This document shows, piece after piece, positions 46,177-59,905 of a DNA stretch of 64,000 bases. The notes below the pieces were generated by a model. The model worked only from the letters and a program-made list of their open reading frames with translations, was not told the DNA's origin and searched no databases. This DNA is from Tubulanus polymorphus (lineage: Eukaryota; Animalia; Nemertea): the NCBI RefSeq assembly GCF_964204645.1, contig NC_134031.1, positions 5,084,001-5,148,000 of the forward strand, in the 5' to 3' direction. The first letter of the stretch is position 1. The number at the start of each line of letters is the position of its first letter. The position numbers were made by a program, and so were the translations under genes.

Positions 46177-47622
46177 CACCGCAGCCAGATTTACTCAGGC
46201 CGACTGGAGGAAGACATTTCGTGAAGGGATCTTGTACCTTCAAGTTACAGTTCGGGAGTGCTCGGAATACATCGTCAGTAAATGTGGGATCCGAACCTAG
46301 AATATGATTGAATCTCATGTGAACATCATCCACCGCTAGTTGGAGCTATCCGCGTTCGTTCGGCGAGAGGCAAGTGAGGATGGGTTTACTCCGGACGGCG
46401 TCGATTACCTACCTTGGATTATCATGTACCCTCTTGATAGGCCTTCTACAAATATTACTCCAATTCGTCGTGATCACAACCCGTAGCTCCAGATAGAAAT
46501 TTCAGCCAACCAGTATTATAATATGAATATATTTTAACCCTCAATCAGTAAAGCCTAAATGGAACAATTTCTCCCTAATGAAAGAGATTCGTTCGAGTAG
46601 AATATTGACCCTTCTAAAAATAAAAATAAAATTTGAACGAGAAATCAAAATAGTTCGTATCAGACACAAGCTGAATTCATTATACAGCACTTATCCGGGC
46701 TTGTGCGGCTGCGGGTCGCCTTGCTTTCGTCTTTTTATGGGCCGCTGATTAATTGCAGTTCTAACATCAATCCCCGGTACAAGTCAAAAGACGGCCCGTT
46801 ACCCTACAGACCGAACCTGCAAACTGAATTTTTAGGGCTTCGGTATAGATAAAATATGTCGCGGTAGCTGCAGTAGAAATGTTTTCTGCATATGGCATAT
46901 GCAACCGCCTACTGTCGCATGATTGGTTGTTTTAATGCATTTGCGCTATGTGACTGATTTATTACTGCGGTACTATAAGTGTCCTACGAGTTTGCTGTTC
47001 GAAGTGTCTTTAGTCATACGGTACTGACAACACAATCATCGACTTCGAGCTCCCCTTTAAACGACAAACACACTACGTACGTATACCATTTTACAATATT
47101 GTTTATAATCAATTTTTTGTCACATAATCTGGGTTAGCTCTAAACCTGGCATGGTACGGCATGCATGGCGGCATATGGCAATATGGCATTGGTTTTTTTC
47201 TCAGTCCCTACAATTCTGATATGTTATTTCATGTATAGCTTTAAGTATAAATTGTTTGATATGAATTCGAGGGACTAGAGAGGCTAATATGGCTAGGATT
47301 AATATGGCGATTGTATCCACGATATCGTGTTATCAGAATATTGGAAATTATATTATAACGAGATGACTCGTTCGCCAAGCCGTCGGCAGTTTGCAATATA
47401 TACTTGTAGGTTTAGACCCAACTCGAATCTCTAATCATTGTCGATGAACGCGGACCATCGATTCGACATATAGAGTTTAATATTATTCAGCTACTTAAAC
47501 TGATTTCACGTGAATTTACGAATTAACTTCCTGGTGAAATGAATTATTTTGCCAAAAGATAAAAATAGATGTTAAAATTTAAACGCATTAAAAATTTACC
47601 CTGATGCATAATTGTGTTTACA

Positions 47623-47845
47623 ATGGCCTCGAGAAACCAATTGACCAACCATCAGCGAGTAAAAGCCAGAAGCGGAAAAATGGCACATGGGAATTGCCAT
47701 CCTCAGCGCCGAGAAACGAGAGAAACGAGAGGCGTACAAATATGAAGCTGCTCAAAGAATGTTGGTTGATGTAACAGTAAAGCAGTATCAGATCGATGCT
47801 GGAAAAGATAAACTTATTCTTAATTTTAACAGATACAGATATTGA
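47623..47845 (+). pseudogene. DCTD: dCMP deaminase pseudogene with frameshifts and a deleted catalytic core
   Basis: TTTACAATGGCC..CCAATTGACCAACC..AATGGCACATGGG.ATTGCC..CTCAGCGCC matches 54511-54621. It then jumps to KYEAAQRML..KLILNF, matching EYEASKRML..KVILNY. The HAE and PCxxC region is absent. Confidence 0.82.
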
Positions 47846-49442
47846 TAAAGATGGATTTCAGACCATCGAGAACTGCTGAACTAAACGCGTTAATCTACAT
47901 TTTATTTAATCTTATCGTAAAATCAATATTTTTAATAAAATATTCATAAGGCTAGAAAATTGATATCTTGTTTCTGATTTCAGTCAAACAATAAGGAATC
48001 GTTGACTAGTAAAAACTAATACTTGAAATTACTTCTGATTGTCAGATTGTCGAAATTTAACTTGGCCTTTCACGTATTATCTGCACTTTCATTCGCCACC
48101 TGAACTACTTCACCAGGAATCCGAGTAGGCGCAACTCCGTTTTCTTGTGGAACCGGGTCTGGGAAATGAACAAAAACCGGGTCCAGGACATGAACAAAAA
48201 CGATGTCAGAATTAAGATAAACCGAACAATATAAACAGTTCAAAATGAATATAAATTATGTAACTATGTGAAGTGGACTGAAGTGGATGTGGATAGCAGT
48301 GTGGCACTATATTGTAAATGTAAAAGAGTTGATATGTCTGGAAAATAATTGATTATGTGGAGAAAAACCAATATTTAGATTGGTAAAAGTTGGATTTCAA
48401 AAGTTTACAAATTATGGCTGATTCCACTATGCGTCTCTTATAAATATCTTTGCAAGGAAGATAAATGAGTTGAGAATTCTAAAAGTCAAATTGATGGCTG
48501 TAACAATTCGAATTGTGGGATTTCTTCAATTGATTAACAAAGTATTTTGATGAATTTCCTGATCTTGATGTGTATATAATTATGTGATATTCACCGATGT
48601 AAGTAAGGCCTATAAAGTTACCCCTGTTGTACTGGGCCAGGAGTCTGACGTGTGACCTTAACCCGCCTTATAGAATGCTTGTGGAACTGGTTCTGTCCGT
48701 GGATCCATAAAATGTTACTCGATATTTTCTATACTGTGATTTTGCTGTTTTATTTTACTTCCATCTATAAGTTTTGATAATCTCTGAGCGAATGATGTAT
48801 TTTTAATATAATTCTAACTCTTGAGACTGAATGTCTGTGATATTCTCAGATCATCGCTAAACAGTAATCGGACACTTCATTCCTAGACTATTAATTTATT
48901 TTCTGTCAGATAACGCTATTTTTTGTTGTACTTCTCATCAATGCTTTTCTTATTTTCATTTTGGTTTTATTCAGGACAATATTACGATTAATAAATCCTA
49001 TTTCCACCGGAAGCCATATCGAATTGGTTTATTCCACATTTAAAAAAAATGTCGCCATATTCAGTAAGAAGTTTTCACAAATCTTACAATTTCTGCATAT
49101 ATAATATGTCATAGCCCAATAACGGGGTCGGTTTTGACTTTTGAATTTTTAAGGCTCTGAAATGCAATTTATGCACATTTGGCATCAAATCTATCCATCA
49201 ACTAAATATGGTATTATGAATTTTTAAAGGAAATGTATTTCAGATGGAAAATTGATATTGTGTAAATAACAAAAAACAACTCGGTGCAAATATAAAAGTA
49301 TATATTATATAGGCGTACATGTGATGGAATTAGTGAATCAGGCTTATCTCCCTGTACAAACTGCGTCAACGCTTTACAAGATTGCGTGAAATCTTTTTTA
49401 AACGACACACATTTGAACAGCGTCACTGATCATTTGAGGCAA

Positions 49443-51100
49443 CATTTAGGGTACAAGGTACATCGCGGAACAAATTGTGGCGACACAAGTCAACACATTT
49501 GTGTATGGAGCTAGATGCGGCACCGAGTACTCCGCGGGCGTTCATCTCATCCACCGGAAAACGCCACAAGTCAACAAATCGCCACATTTTGAAATCTGTT
49601 ATAAATAATTGAATTTAATAAAAGCTGCTCACGTAAAATGCCGCGACCAAAAAGGCTAAAACTGTCTTTAGCAGATACCGTCGAATTGGAACTTGTACAA
49701 GAGGCAAAGGTATAGTATATTCTTTCGTTAGAGTGGTTATTTTACCGGGAGTGGTTATTTTACCGGATCCGGTTACCGATTTATATAAAAGAATAAAACG
49801 ATAAAAAAATCATTCACTGAGAACCTTAGTGTCAATGGCCGTACATGTGTCATTATAATTTACTATTTTCCGTTCTTTTTGGGATATTTTGCGTAATGTT
49901 TTGAACACATACCTAAAATGTGTCTTAATACTAATACGATATGGTAGAAAAGAATATATGTTCAATTTTTTTCAATAAGATTAGCAATTTTAACTTTATT
50001 TTATCCCACATTTCTACAATACATCTTATGTTCAATGCATAGATTACGAAGGACTTTATAAATATTTTATGTATGTTTATGTATGTATATAGTGGCTTGA
50101 AAAATATCTTTGCTCAGCAAAAAATAGGGGGGGGGCGCACCGGGAAGCGCGATGGCGAGTCAGGAATACAGAATCCGAGCTCAACCAAGAGGATTTTTTA
50201 ACAACATTATGCATACGTCAATTTTATTAGATGTCGCACGGCCCTTACGCTTCCGTACGTTAATCTTGAGAAATATTTCTAGAACTTACTGAAATTTCTT
50301 TTCGTGGTGATTATTGGTTATTGATATTGTGACGAATTTCGACAGTGGCAGATCGATATTGTGGCGAATTTCGACATTGTGGCGAATTTCGACATTGTGG
50401 CGAATTTCGACATTGTGGCGAATTTCGACATTGTGGCGAATTTCGACATTGTGGCGAATTTCGACATTGTGGCGAATTTCGACATTGTGGCGAATTTCGA
50501 TATTGTGGCGAATTTCGATATTGTGGCGAATTTCGATATTGTGGCGAATTTCGATATTGTGGCGAATTTCGACATTGTGGCGAATTTCGACATTGTGACG
50601 ACTTTCGACATTGTGACGAATTTCGACATTGTGACGAATTTCGACATTGTGACGAATTTCGATATTGTGGCGAATTTCGACATTGTGGCGAATTTCGATA
50701 TTGTGACGAATTTCGATATTGTGGCGAATTTCGATATTGTGGCGAATTTCGACATTGTGGCGAATTTCGACATTGTGACGACTTTCGACATTGTGACGAA
50801 TTTCGATATTGTGACGAATTTCGATATTGTGACGAATTTCGATATTGTGGCGAATTTCGATATTGTGGCGATTATAGACATTCGATATTTCGATATTGCG
50901 GCGAATTTAATTTCGCATGTCGATATTGTGACGAATATTAGTGGCGAATTTCGATATTGTGGCGAGTTTCATGTGATTATTGGGTCATTGTTTGTGGCGA
51001 ATTTTTGGATTCTGCGCCAGGTGGAAGCGTGTACGCGAAATCGCGTGTGGCGGTCTGTGTCGCCACAATTTGTTCCGCGATGTACCTTTGACCCTAAATG
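49443..51100. mobile_element. Non-autonomous TIR DNA transposon (~1.66 kb) carrying a minisatellite
   Basis: CATTTAGGGTACAAGGTACATCGCGGAACAAATTGTGGCGACAC at 49443 and its near-perfect reverse complement ending at 51100. No transposase ORF. Confidence 0.82.
50355..50871 (+). repeat. 18-bp minisatellite GA[C/T]ATTGTG[G/A]CGAATTTC, ~28 units plus degenerate flanks
   Basis: Seen directly. It generates the spurious repetitive ORFs in several frames. Confidence 0.97.
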
Positions 51101-51115
51101 GTGACATGTATCTCA

Positions 51116-52365
51116 CTGATAATCAATGCTATAACGTGCAGAATAGGTCAATCATGTGACTTATATTGCTTGACCGATAGTAACAGCTATTCATCAAGAA
51201 ATAAAGGTATAAAAAATGGTTATAAATTGATGGAAGGAATTCATGGAAAATATCACGTACAGTGAAAACAACCGGTTCAAACTGGTTTTGTAGCTTAAAT
51301 TTAATCGTTTTAAAATCGATTTTATCGTTTAAATGATATAATGAACAAACATAAAACGTCTTAAGGTCAATGTAGATAGTTATCAAAATCAGTTGTTTAT
51401 GAGCTGAGATATCAGAGTTGAACACAGTCAAAAAAGTCGCCTGACTGAACTCTGATCGGTCAAAGTCACGCGAATTTGAGTGTACATGTCTGGTAGGTGC
51501 CTGGTTACACTAGGATTACAGATAATATTCAAACTACAAAATAGAAATAGTGCGGTAGCCACACAATATAAATAACATCATTTATATTTCATCATGAATA
51601 TTCATCCTTATATTTATATATCCCTTGTGAAGGTACACAAAGTAAAAACGTCACGTCGCGTCAAACACTGTTTTCAGATATCTATCTTATCTACAAATTC
51701 AAACAACAAGAAAATATACGGCATAAATAACGTGCGAACTAAAATATCATTCTGATAACAACACATGACTAATACACAGGCTTCGCAATATACTATACAA
51801 TAAAGAAATTGGAGACAAAATGACAACAACCGAACCTGATAATCAATGCTATAACGTGCAGAATAGGTCAATCATGTGACTAATATTGCTTGACCGATAG
51901 TAACAGCTATTCATCAAGAAATAAAGGTATAAAAAATGGTTATAAATTGATGGAAGGAATTCATGGAAAATATCACGTGCTGTGAAAACAACCGGTTCAA
52001 ACTGGTTTTGTAGCTTAAATTTAATCGTATTAAAATCGGTTTTGTCGTTTAAATGATATAATGAACAAAACATAAAGTAAGGTCAATGATTTGACTAATA
52101 TTTTTAACAGCTTTTCTTCAAGAAATAAAGATATAATACATAAGATAAAAGATATTCATGGAAAAGATCACGTAAAGCTAAAAGAACCGGTTTAAACTGG
52201 TAACCGTTTTTATATCTTATCAAAATTGAATATTTATGAGCTGAGATATCAGAGTTAAACACAGTCAAAAAAACCGCCTGATTGAACTGTGGACTAAACT
52301 CTGGAATTTGAGGTGTCTGGGTGGTTGGGTGATGATCTCCGTGGAGACAACCACTGCCAGGGTGA
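51116..52365. repeat. Direct duplication of ~240 bp (51116-51355 / 51836-52076) in a dispersed repeat family also found inverted in SRM intron 1 (~59110-59390)
   Basis: CTGATAATCAATGCTATAACGTGCAGAATAGGTCAATC occurs twice. GAGCTGAGATATC..GGAGACAACC.CTGCCAG is shared with 59110-59300 in reverse orientation. Confidence 0.75.
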
Positions 52366-54516
52366 AGGCAGAAAGGTGACAATTTCTAATGGTGTTTATT
52401 TCAGCCAGTCTATTGCAATGACTTTGCACTAAAATAAAATGCTATCGGCGAATATCAGCGAATATTCGCTACCCTACTGTTGAAACAGCTGTAAAAAGTT
52501 TAATTTCAAACACGCATTATCATCTTTAACTAGCATTCACTTGAATATTCCGACAATAGTTTTCCCCAAGTCGATAAGCTCGATTAATATAAGACGCGTT
52601 CATGTTATTCTCAAAATCAGCAAAAATAACAATCTTTTCATTCCGAGTTTTTTTTATCACGTAACACGTTGATTAGCTAAATGAACAAGCGCATCAGGAC
52701 AAAATTAAATGCAATATCTCAACATACCGTACACAAATCCAGGTCTACCAACCTCATTCCGAAAAATCAACTTCAATTATACTTAATTGAATAATTAATT
52801 AATCTTAAATCTCAAGATAAAAGATATTTTCCTGTACAAAAATGTGTCCCCAAGTTGATAACAGAGTTTCTAATGGAAACGGGAGGTAAGGCGGGGTTTA
52901 ATGAAGACCTTTAAAAATGCTACATTCGATTTCAATGATAAAAATTATCGAAACATATATTTCAAGTATCATCTATGGCTCAACTCCGTTTACAAAAGTG
53001 ACAAAGTCGATCAGGAGAAACAAAGTATCATTTTTAATCTAATGTATAGTTTTATTCATTAGTATAATGTATCTACTAATTTGTAATTCAAGCACAAAAA
53101 GGAATAAATCATGATCAAAAACATTTTCAATTTTACGTTACGTTAATCTATTTCTTCGGTTACCAAATTAAAAAAAGGGGTTCCTCTTTCTTGTTAGAAA
53201 TGGCCACTAAATTAAAAAGCACGTCGATAGATATTTACAATTCGTCTAGTCGTCTGGGTGGTTCTAAGACTTCAAGACGTCCTTGACCTATTTTTCATAA
53301 AGCTTTCTACAGAAACTCGTGTTGTCTGATTTTTAAGGAAACAAGTATAAACTGGTATGGATTAATGTGTTGATATCTATATGTTTGATGTACAATAACC
53401 AGATATTTAGACGAAGATGAAGTCAGAGACTTTCTTCACAATATCCGCAGCATTGCGAGCACCTGCTGTGAACGGGCACCTGTTATAAGATGGCGATTAA
53501 GAAGTTTATTTCTTGGAGAAAAGCGAAACTGAAATTCCAATCCGTGACGTGTTAAATTTGCTAGCGTGTTTAACATATCTGAAAAAAAAACCATTCACAC
53601 AAAATAGTATCAGAGGGCGTTAGACATTTAACCCTTTAATGACCGAACCAGTACGAGATCCATGCGTGAGCCGCGTTTTTGGGGAATTTAGGCGTCGCTA
53701 TCCTTTAACGTTCGGTTCGATAGACTGACGATGTATTTGTCGCACTATCCAGTGTGCAAAGCCCTATAAAATGATATTATTTCACTATCTTTGACTAGAG
53801 TTCGTTTTAAAGAAGATACCAGGCCCCGGATCTACATGGTCGTCGTTCGAGTTCACATCGCAATGTTTACGTACTCTAAGCCGAAACTTAACACTTAACA
53901 ACTATATTATAACATAGTACATTAAATTTGTTCAGACCTTCGTTTCATCACCAAATAATCACTCAGACGTCATCATTCTGGGAATCAGATTTCTAAGAAT
54001 TCCTAAAGAGGGGCTGCCCAACCCCCCCCCCCCACCCCCGTTCAATTCTAACCAAGTTAAAAGCAAACCCCCACCCACATATTTCTCACTCGACGAGTCA
54101 CCTACGTTTCAGTTTTACAATTCGTCGCTCCTCATCGCCCCTAGGATTACCGTGTTGATTACTGACAAATGTATTCTGTTATATGATTGGTTGTTGTAAT
54201 CGAACAACTGTTTTAAGTCAGGTGCTGTAAGAGTCTTGTCATACTAACTAAAACAGTCACTGACAAGGTTCTTAAGTACTGGTCGCGACACGATAAACCA
54301 CCATAAGTATTCATCACAACATTGGGTGAATCAAATTAGTGTTGGTTGAATCTGATAGTAGTGGTTTAATAACGCAGACCATCGGTTACCCGTGGTTGAG
54401 CTATTAAACTGATTGAATATGAATCAATTAGAAACGAACTGTGTTTTGGCCAGAAATAGAAAAAAAGACTGTCGGATGAAATCTACCCTGGTGTGTAATT
54501 CTATTTTCAGTTTACA

Positions 54517-55059
54517 ATGGCCACGAATCCAATTGACCAACCGTCTGCGAATAGAAACCAAAAGCGGGAAGGTTACATATCTTGGGACGAATGGCACATG
54601 GGTATTGCCCTGCTCAGCGCCCAACGAAGCAAAGATCCCGCCCTTCAGGTTGGAGCTTGCATCGTAGACAAAGACAACAGGATTATGGGCGTTGGTTATA
54701 ACGGAATGCCATTGAGATGTCCAGATGATGAAATGAATTGGGGTAAAGAAGGCGGTCCTCTGGAAACTAAAAGGCCTTACGTGTGTCACGCTGAAATGAA
54801 TGCTATCGCTTTCCGGAATTGTGCATCGCTGAAAGGCTGTACAATTTATGTAACATTTTTCCCTTGCAATGAGTGCACTAAGAATATCATACAATCAGGA
54901 ATTGAAGAAGTGATTTACCTATCACACACAAAACGAGGTCGAGTCGAATACGAAGCCTCTAAAAGAATGCTGGAAAAATCCAAGGTAAAAGTAGTGAAGT
55001 ATGAGGTAAAAGAAGATGGAAATGAGAAAGTGATTCTTAACTACAAAGTTGATGAATAG
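54517..55059 (+). CDS. DCTD: Deoxycytidylate (dCMP) deaminase, single coding exon
   Basis: YISWDEW.MGIA.LSAQRSKDP, QVGACIV, GYNGMP, and the zinc motifs CHAEMNAI and FPCNEC. An acceptor ttttcag ends at 54510, just upstream of the ATG. Confidence 0.95.
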   Translation: MATNPIDQPSANRNQKREGYISWDEWHMGIALLSAQRSKDPALQVGACIVDKDNRIMGVGYNGMPLRCPDDEMNWGKEGGPLETKRPYVCHAEMNAIAFRNCASLKGCTIYVTFFPCNECTKNIIQSGIEEVIYLSHTKRGRVEYEASKRMLEKSKVKVVKYEVKEDGNEKVILNYKVDE

Positions 55060-58000
55060 GTTGTGGTTTTTAGAGCATGCCATAGTGAACTGCTGAGAAT
55101 ACAACAAGTTTGTGGAAGTTATAACAATTCCTACATTTTATTTTACATCATTAATCACAATCTATTTACTAATATTTATCACGAATAGTCTTATATATTT
55201 ATCTGTAATATTTTTAATTTTGCTACTTATAATAATGATACCCGCAGCATTACTATGGCAATAGAGGATTCCACGAGGTGTCGCTTGTAGTTACTCGCAA
55301 ATTTTTCTTTATATATGACGATTTTAATTTAGTTATTCCTCTAATGTACCAAAGGTTATGGTTATAGCGTATTAAACTTGCCTCGCCTCGCTATGAAATG
55401 AGGATTTTACACTAAAGTTTCAATGTCGAAATATATACCTTAAATTATCAGTAAAATAACATATCCATGCAGTATAAGATGGTTTGAATATAGACACTGA
55501 AAATGAAAGGTAATTAATATCATCATAGTTCTGAATAGTAAATTGTAAGTTTTGCACTCTCTCACATGTCAGTTTAATGCTTCTCTCAACTTAAGTCACC
55601 CATTATGAATATCTAATAAACATTTTTTTGTTCAGTTCAGTACAGTTCAGAATAGTTCAGTTTAGTTGAGAATATGTTCTGAAACCGACCTGCGAGTCGT
55701 GAGCTCCGTATACTATAGCGAAAGTGTCGACCTGCGAGTCGTGAGCTTTGACATACATCAATAAATAATATTCACTTCAGATCATCGAAAATATACTAGT
55801 TAGTATTCTCCTCGTCTGGATTCGGATTTTAAGAGACGTTCGACAAAGAATCGCTTCCGATAGTAGAGCACACCTCGTTCATAGTCTCTCAAGATACGTA
55901 CGGTATTAACTGGTCGACCAGCACGAAAGTACAACCTTCTGCTGATCGTGGAATCGGACGAAAATACAGTTTTCGTCTATTCGTTTCACTCACCTCACAT
56001 CACCTTATCTTCCGTGATCAATTTCAGTTACAATCGAATGAACTTTTCTCTTAAATTAATCAATTATTTACGAAAACTATACCGATACCCGGGTAGAAAA
56101 AGTGAATTCATTTTATATGTTGTCGGTGCTGTGATAATGTATGGATTCGGGAGTCGAAAAAGTAGTTCCTGATAGTGATGATATACCTGTATTGGATAAT
56201 GCAAAAACCTCTGAGAATTGCAAAGAAAGTTCATCTTCACGTATGATTGATAATCCAGACTCTGATGTAAATGATCCAGGTTCTCTCTGCGCAGATGTAG
56301 GCATCAGAACACAATTAGGTTAGTAGCTCGAAGATGCGTAGCGCCAGACCCCAAAAATAGTACCTAGAATGAACAAGAGTTCCCCCATAAATGTTGCCAT
56401 TATTTCTGCAAATGGGATAGGTAACAAATTTCGGTTATATGTATGAAATCCATTGATCCTGAGAGACAGATCGATGATGAAATAAGGGATTCCCTGGACT
56501 TATTTGCTTGGAGTAAGGGTACCAAACACGGAGGGGGATTCCCTTAGATATTGGGCTCGGATGTACTGGCATACCTGTACTGGGAAACCCCTCCTTTCTG
56601 AAGGTTTGATTATTTCAAAAGTTAGGTTGGGTATGTGGGGCGAAAACCACTTCAATGCGTAGCTAAGATGCTGTCCTAAGAGCCGTAAGCAGGATTTCCC
56701 CTGAATTTATGCGCTTATATATGAACTCTCGAATTTCTTGTTTTTACTATAGGATAGAAGATTTTGGAATAGTGGTCTGCGCTCTGTAATGCGCAAGAAG
56801 ATAGAGGATGTGGCATCGGACATTCTGATGAGATTTAATTCGGAGACTGTTGATGATAACTTTCTAAGGAAGTGGATAAATTTTGTGATATTTATTCATC
56901 TATAGCAAATAGGAACATTTTCTGGCAATAATTTAGCATCTTCACCATTTTGATAGAATCCTAGCTAACCGTGTCAAGCCAGAAAATGCCGAAACTACCT
57001 GCTAGTATCGGCTTTTCTGGTAAGCGAATTGGAATTAATTCCACAGTTTTTGTACGAATAAGAGTAGGAATAAGATGGGGAAAGGGTGCAGTGAAATTTT
57101 TACTATCTTTAACTAGAGTTTGGCGGAGGAGAGGGGGAGGGGGATTATAGAAGGCGCCAGACCCCGGGTCCCCGCGGACCTATACATGGTCGTCTCAGTT
57201 CACAGCGCGATGTTTACGTTCTCAAAGCCGAAACTCTACACTTACAACTACATATGTATTAAAAACATGATGTACATCTTACTATCAAATTCTTTTATTT
57301 ATTTAGACCCTCGTTTTATCATCAAACAATCCGCACATCTGAGTATCTGACTTCCAAGATTTCCTTAAGGGAGGAGGAGGGAGGGGGGGGGGGGCTGTCC
57401 AAACCTCTAACAATTCCTACATTTTATTTTACAAATCTAATAAATCAATTTATTAATGTTTATTACTAGCGAATAATTTCCTTCGTAGAGTTTTCATATT
57501 TCCTTTCATTAAGATTATTATGGTAACTGGAAACTGGAAACTTCCCTATTGAAGCAATAGATAATGATTTATACATGTAGATCATAGATATGTACAGTGG
57601 AATATCATTTGTTCCGCTGGTCGTAAAATTCTAAATCATCAAGAGCACCTCGATCGATATTTACGTGGAAATTATTTTATCAAGTCGTCTGATGGTTTTA
57701 AGATTGCGAGTTGGCCTTGGTCTATTTTCCATACGGTTTTTCTGATAAACCTTGCGTCGCGTTTTTATAACTGCAGCATGGATTGTTGTTTCATACATCC
57801 AGTAACCAGATATGTTTAGCACGAAGATGATGACGTCAGCAATGTTCTCTATACGCAATTTCCGCATCGATACGAGCACCTGTTGTGGACGGGCACCTGT
57901 TTAAGAATGGCGATTTAGAAGTTTATTCAATTAATTTCAATCAGTTGGATGTTTATTTTTTGTAACATTTGAAAATATCATTATAGGACCTAAAGGCTTA

Positions 58001-59751
58001 AAACAGAGAGTGGGGGATCTTTATACGAGCTTTATCAGAGGGTTGAATAGACTCGTGCGATAACTGTGCCTTGTTGATATGTTACTATTAAATCGAATGA
58101 CTAAACACATGATAAGATAAGCTCATATATCCGAAATTCGGATAAGAAATATTTTAGGTACTTCTGACTCATAGTATGTATCACGCATAAAGACAGTGAG
58201 ATGACAAAAATGCCATTTACAAACATTTTATCAACGGTCATTCAGGAGAACGATTTCAAAGCAGAAAATAATTATTATTTATAAATTTAGACTAAGTTTG
58301 AGATTATTTGGGACACTTTGAGTCTAGCCAGGGCTGTGGTCATCGGCGTTACAGCACGGGGGCCGTGGCGATACTTGCTCTTGTCAATATTGGTTAGCAA
58401 GGATTCAAGGGCTCTCATTGCTGGCCGGACCGGCCGGTCGCAGTCAACGTGACGGATTTCCGGAGTTGTAAAGGTAGTGCCATCTGATCTGTTAATCCAG
58501 TTGTCTATAGAAAATTGTATATACATTATAGACACTGGAGTTAACAGGTTATCGTTTTTACAATACCTACAACTCTGATACGAGGCCCTATGGATTGCCG
58601 TGTCTCCCCGGCGCTGCGGGCCGGGTTCGCCTAACGGTCTGGACGTCCGATCCACGCGTCAAATATGCTACGTCCGTTCCGCAGTTCTACGCGGTTTCTG
58701 TCTGCACTTAGCTCGATTGACTGATATCGCATGTCGCTTGACGTAAAACTTGTTGGATCCTAAACACACAGTGTCAGCGGGGAAGGGCTGCAGGTAGCGT
58801 AGTCAGTAACCTGTCTGTGGTTTAGTTTCACGATCGGATATTTTCACAAACCACAGCCCATCCGATTATAAAAAGCTTACCACCAACGATTAGGTAACTA
58901 ACTACAGGTAGCGTTAATATGGCAGCGGATAAATTAGAGAATGATTGGTTTACGGATAAATCAGAGATGTGGCCCGGGTATGGAGTCAGTTTAGAGGTGG
59001 AGAAGGTTTTATTTGATGAGAAATCAGACTTTCAGCACATCCTTATTCTACAGAGGTAAAAAAAACGGAAAAACGTCAAATACTGTTTTGTTTAGTGACT
59101 ATCTGTATCATTTCACCCAGCACTGGCAGCGGTTGTCTCCACCAGTGATCTCCGTCGCTCTACGATCCTAGTGTAACCAACCACCCAGACGCGTGCATTC
59201 AAATTCGCTGTACAGTTGCCGACCAGAATTTGGTCGGCTTTTTTGTCCGTGTTCAAACTGCGATATCTCAGCAAATAAACAACCGATTTTGATGAATAAA
59301 CTATCTACACTAACCTTATGATGTCTTACGTTTGTTCATTATAACATTTTGACGATAAATCTGATTTTAGTACGATTAAATTTAAGATACAAAAATGATG
59401 CGCTGTTTAGCGATGAGACACGCATCGCTCAAGTTGTCTTGTTGCTAACGAACTACAGTGTTACAATGCCTAGTTTCAAAGTGAAAAAATGGTGTCATTT
59501 TTGCTATTTCTGTATTTATATCGCATCAAGCACAGACTATGATGAATGAACCTCCAAATGAATATAATAATAAGAAAACTGAATGTATGAGGTTTGTAAC
59601 GATAGTTTATTTTTCACAATCGGTTTAGTGAAACTGGATTTCTGGTGGTTTAAAGCTGCAGTGATCTAAAAGTATCGAGAAAATGTCGTTCGCATCTTAG
59701 TGTCTGTGGTACATCAGACACTAAGATTCTTGGTGAACTGTATCATATGAT

Positions 59752-59905
59752 GGGCTTGTAATTTGAAGTTTGGGGGTGAACTGTAGTCTGTAGCATAGTA
59801 TACCGGTAGTAGGCCTATCCCTGGTACTGTATGTATATATAGTACCAGCCAGGGATACTTGATGATCTAAGCTACAGTTCACCCCCAAACTTCAAATACA
59901 AGCCC
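59752..59905. mobile_element. Palindromic MITE-like element in SRM intron 1
   Basis: GGGCTTGTAATTTGAAGTTTGGGGGTGAACTGTAG pairs with CTACAGTTCACCCCCAAACTTCAAATACAAGCCC. Confidence 0.75.

Noticed and set aside
46177-46500. Possible degenerate non-LTR retrotransposon fragment on the minus strand of the right flank
   Set aside because: Only a short interrupted frame (DVHMRFNHILGSDPTF) with no diagnostic RT or endonuclease motif.
50314-51104. Long repetitive ORFs (CGEFRH, VANFDI, WRISTL, SKFATM) and a possible CRISPR-like array
   Set aside because: The ORFs are artefacts of a stop-free 18-bp tandem repeat. There are no unique spacers, the context is eukaryotic, and no cas genes are present.
54517-55059. 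dCMP deaminase as Maverick cargo
   Set aside because: It lies 8 kb outside the TIR, has host-like base composition and has a splice acceptor before its ATG.
55948-56900. Short acidic ORF (56141-56323) and exon-like pieces
   Set aside because: No recognisable homology, and I could not build a consistent splice model.
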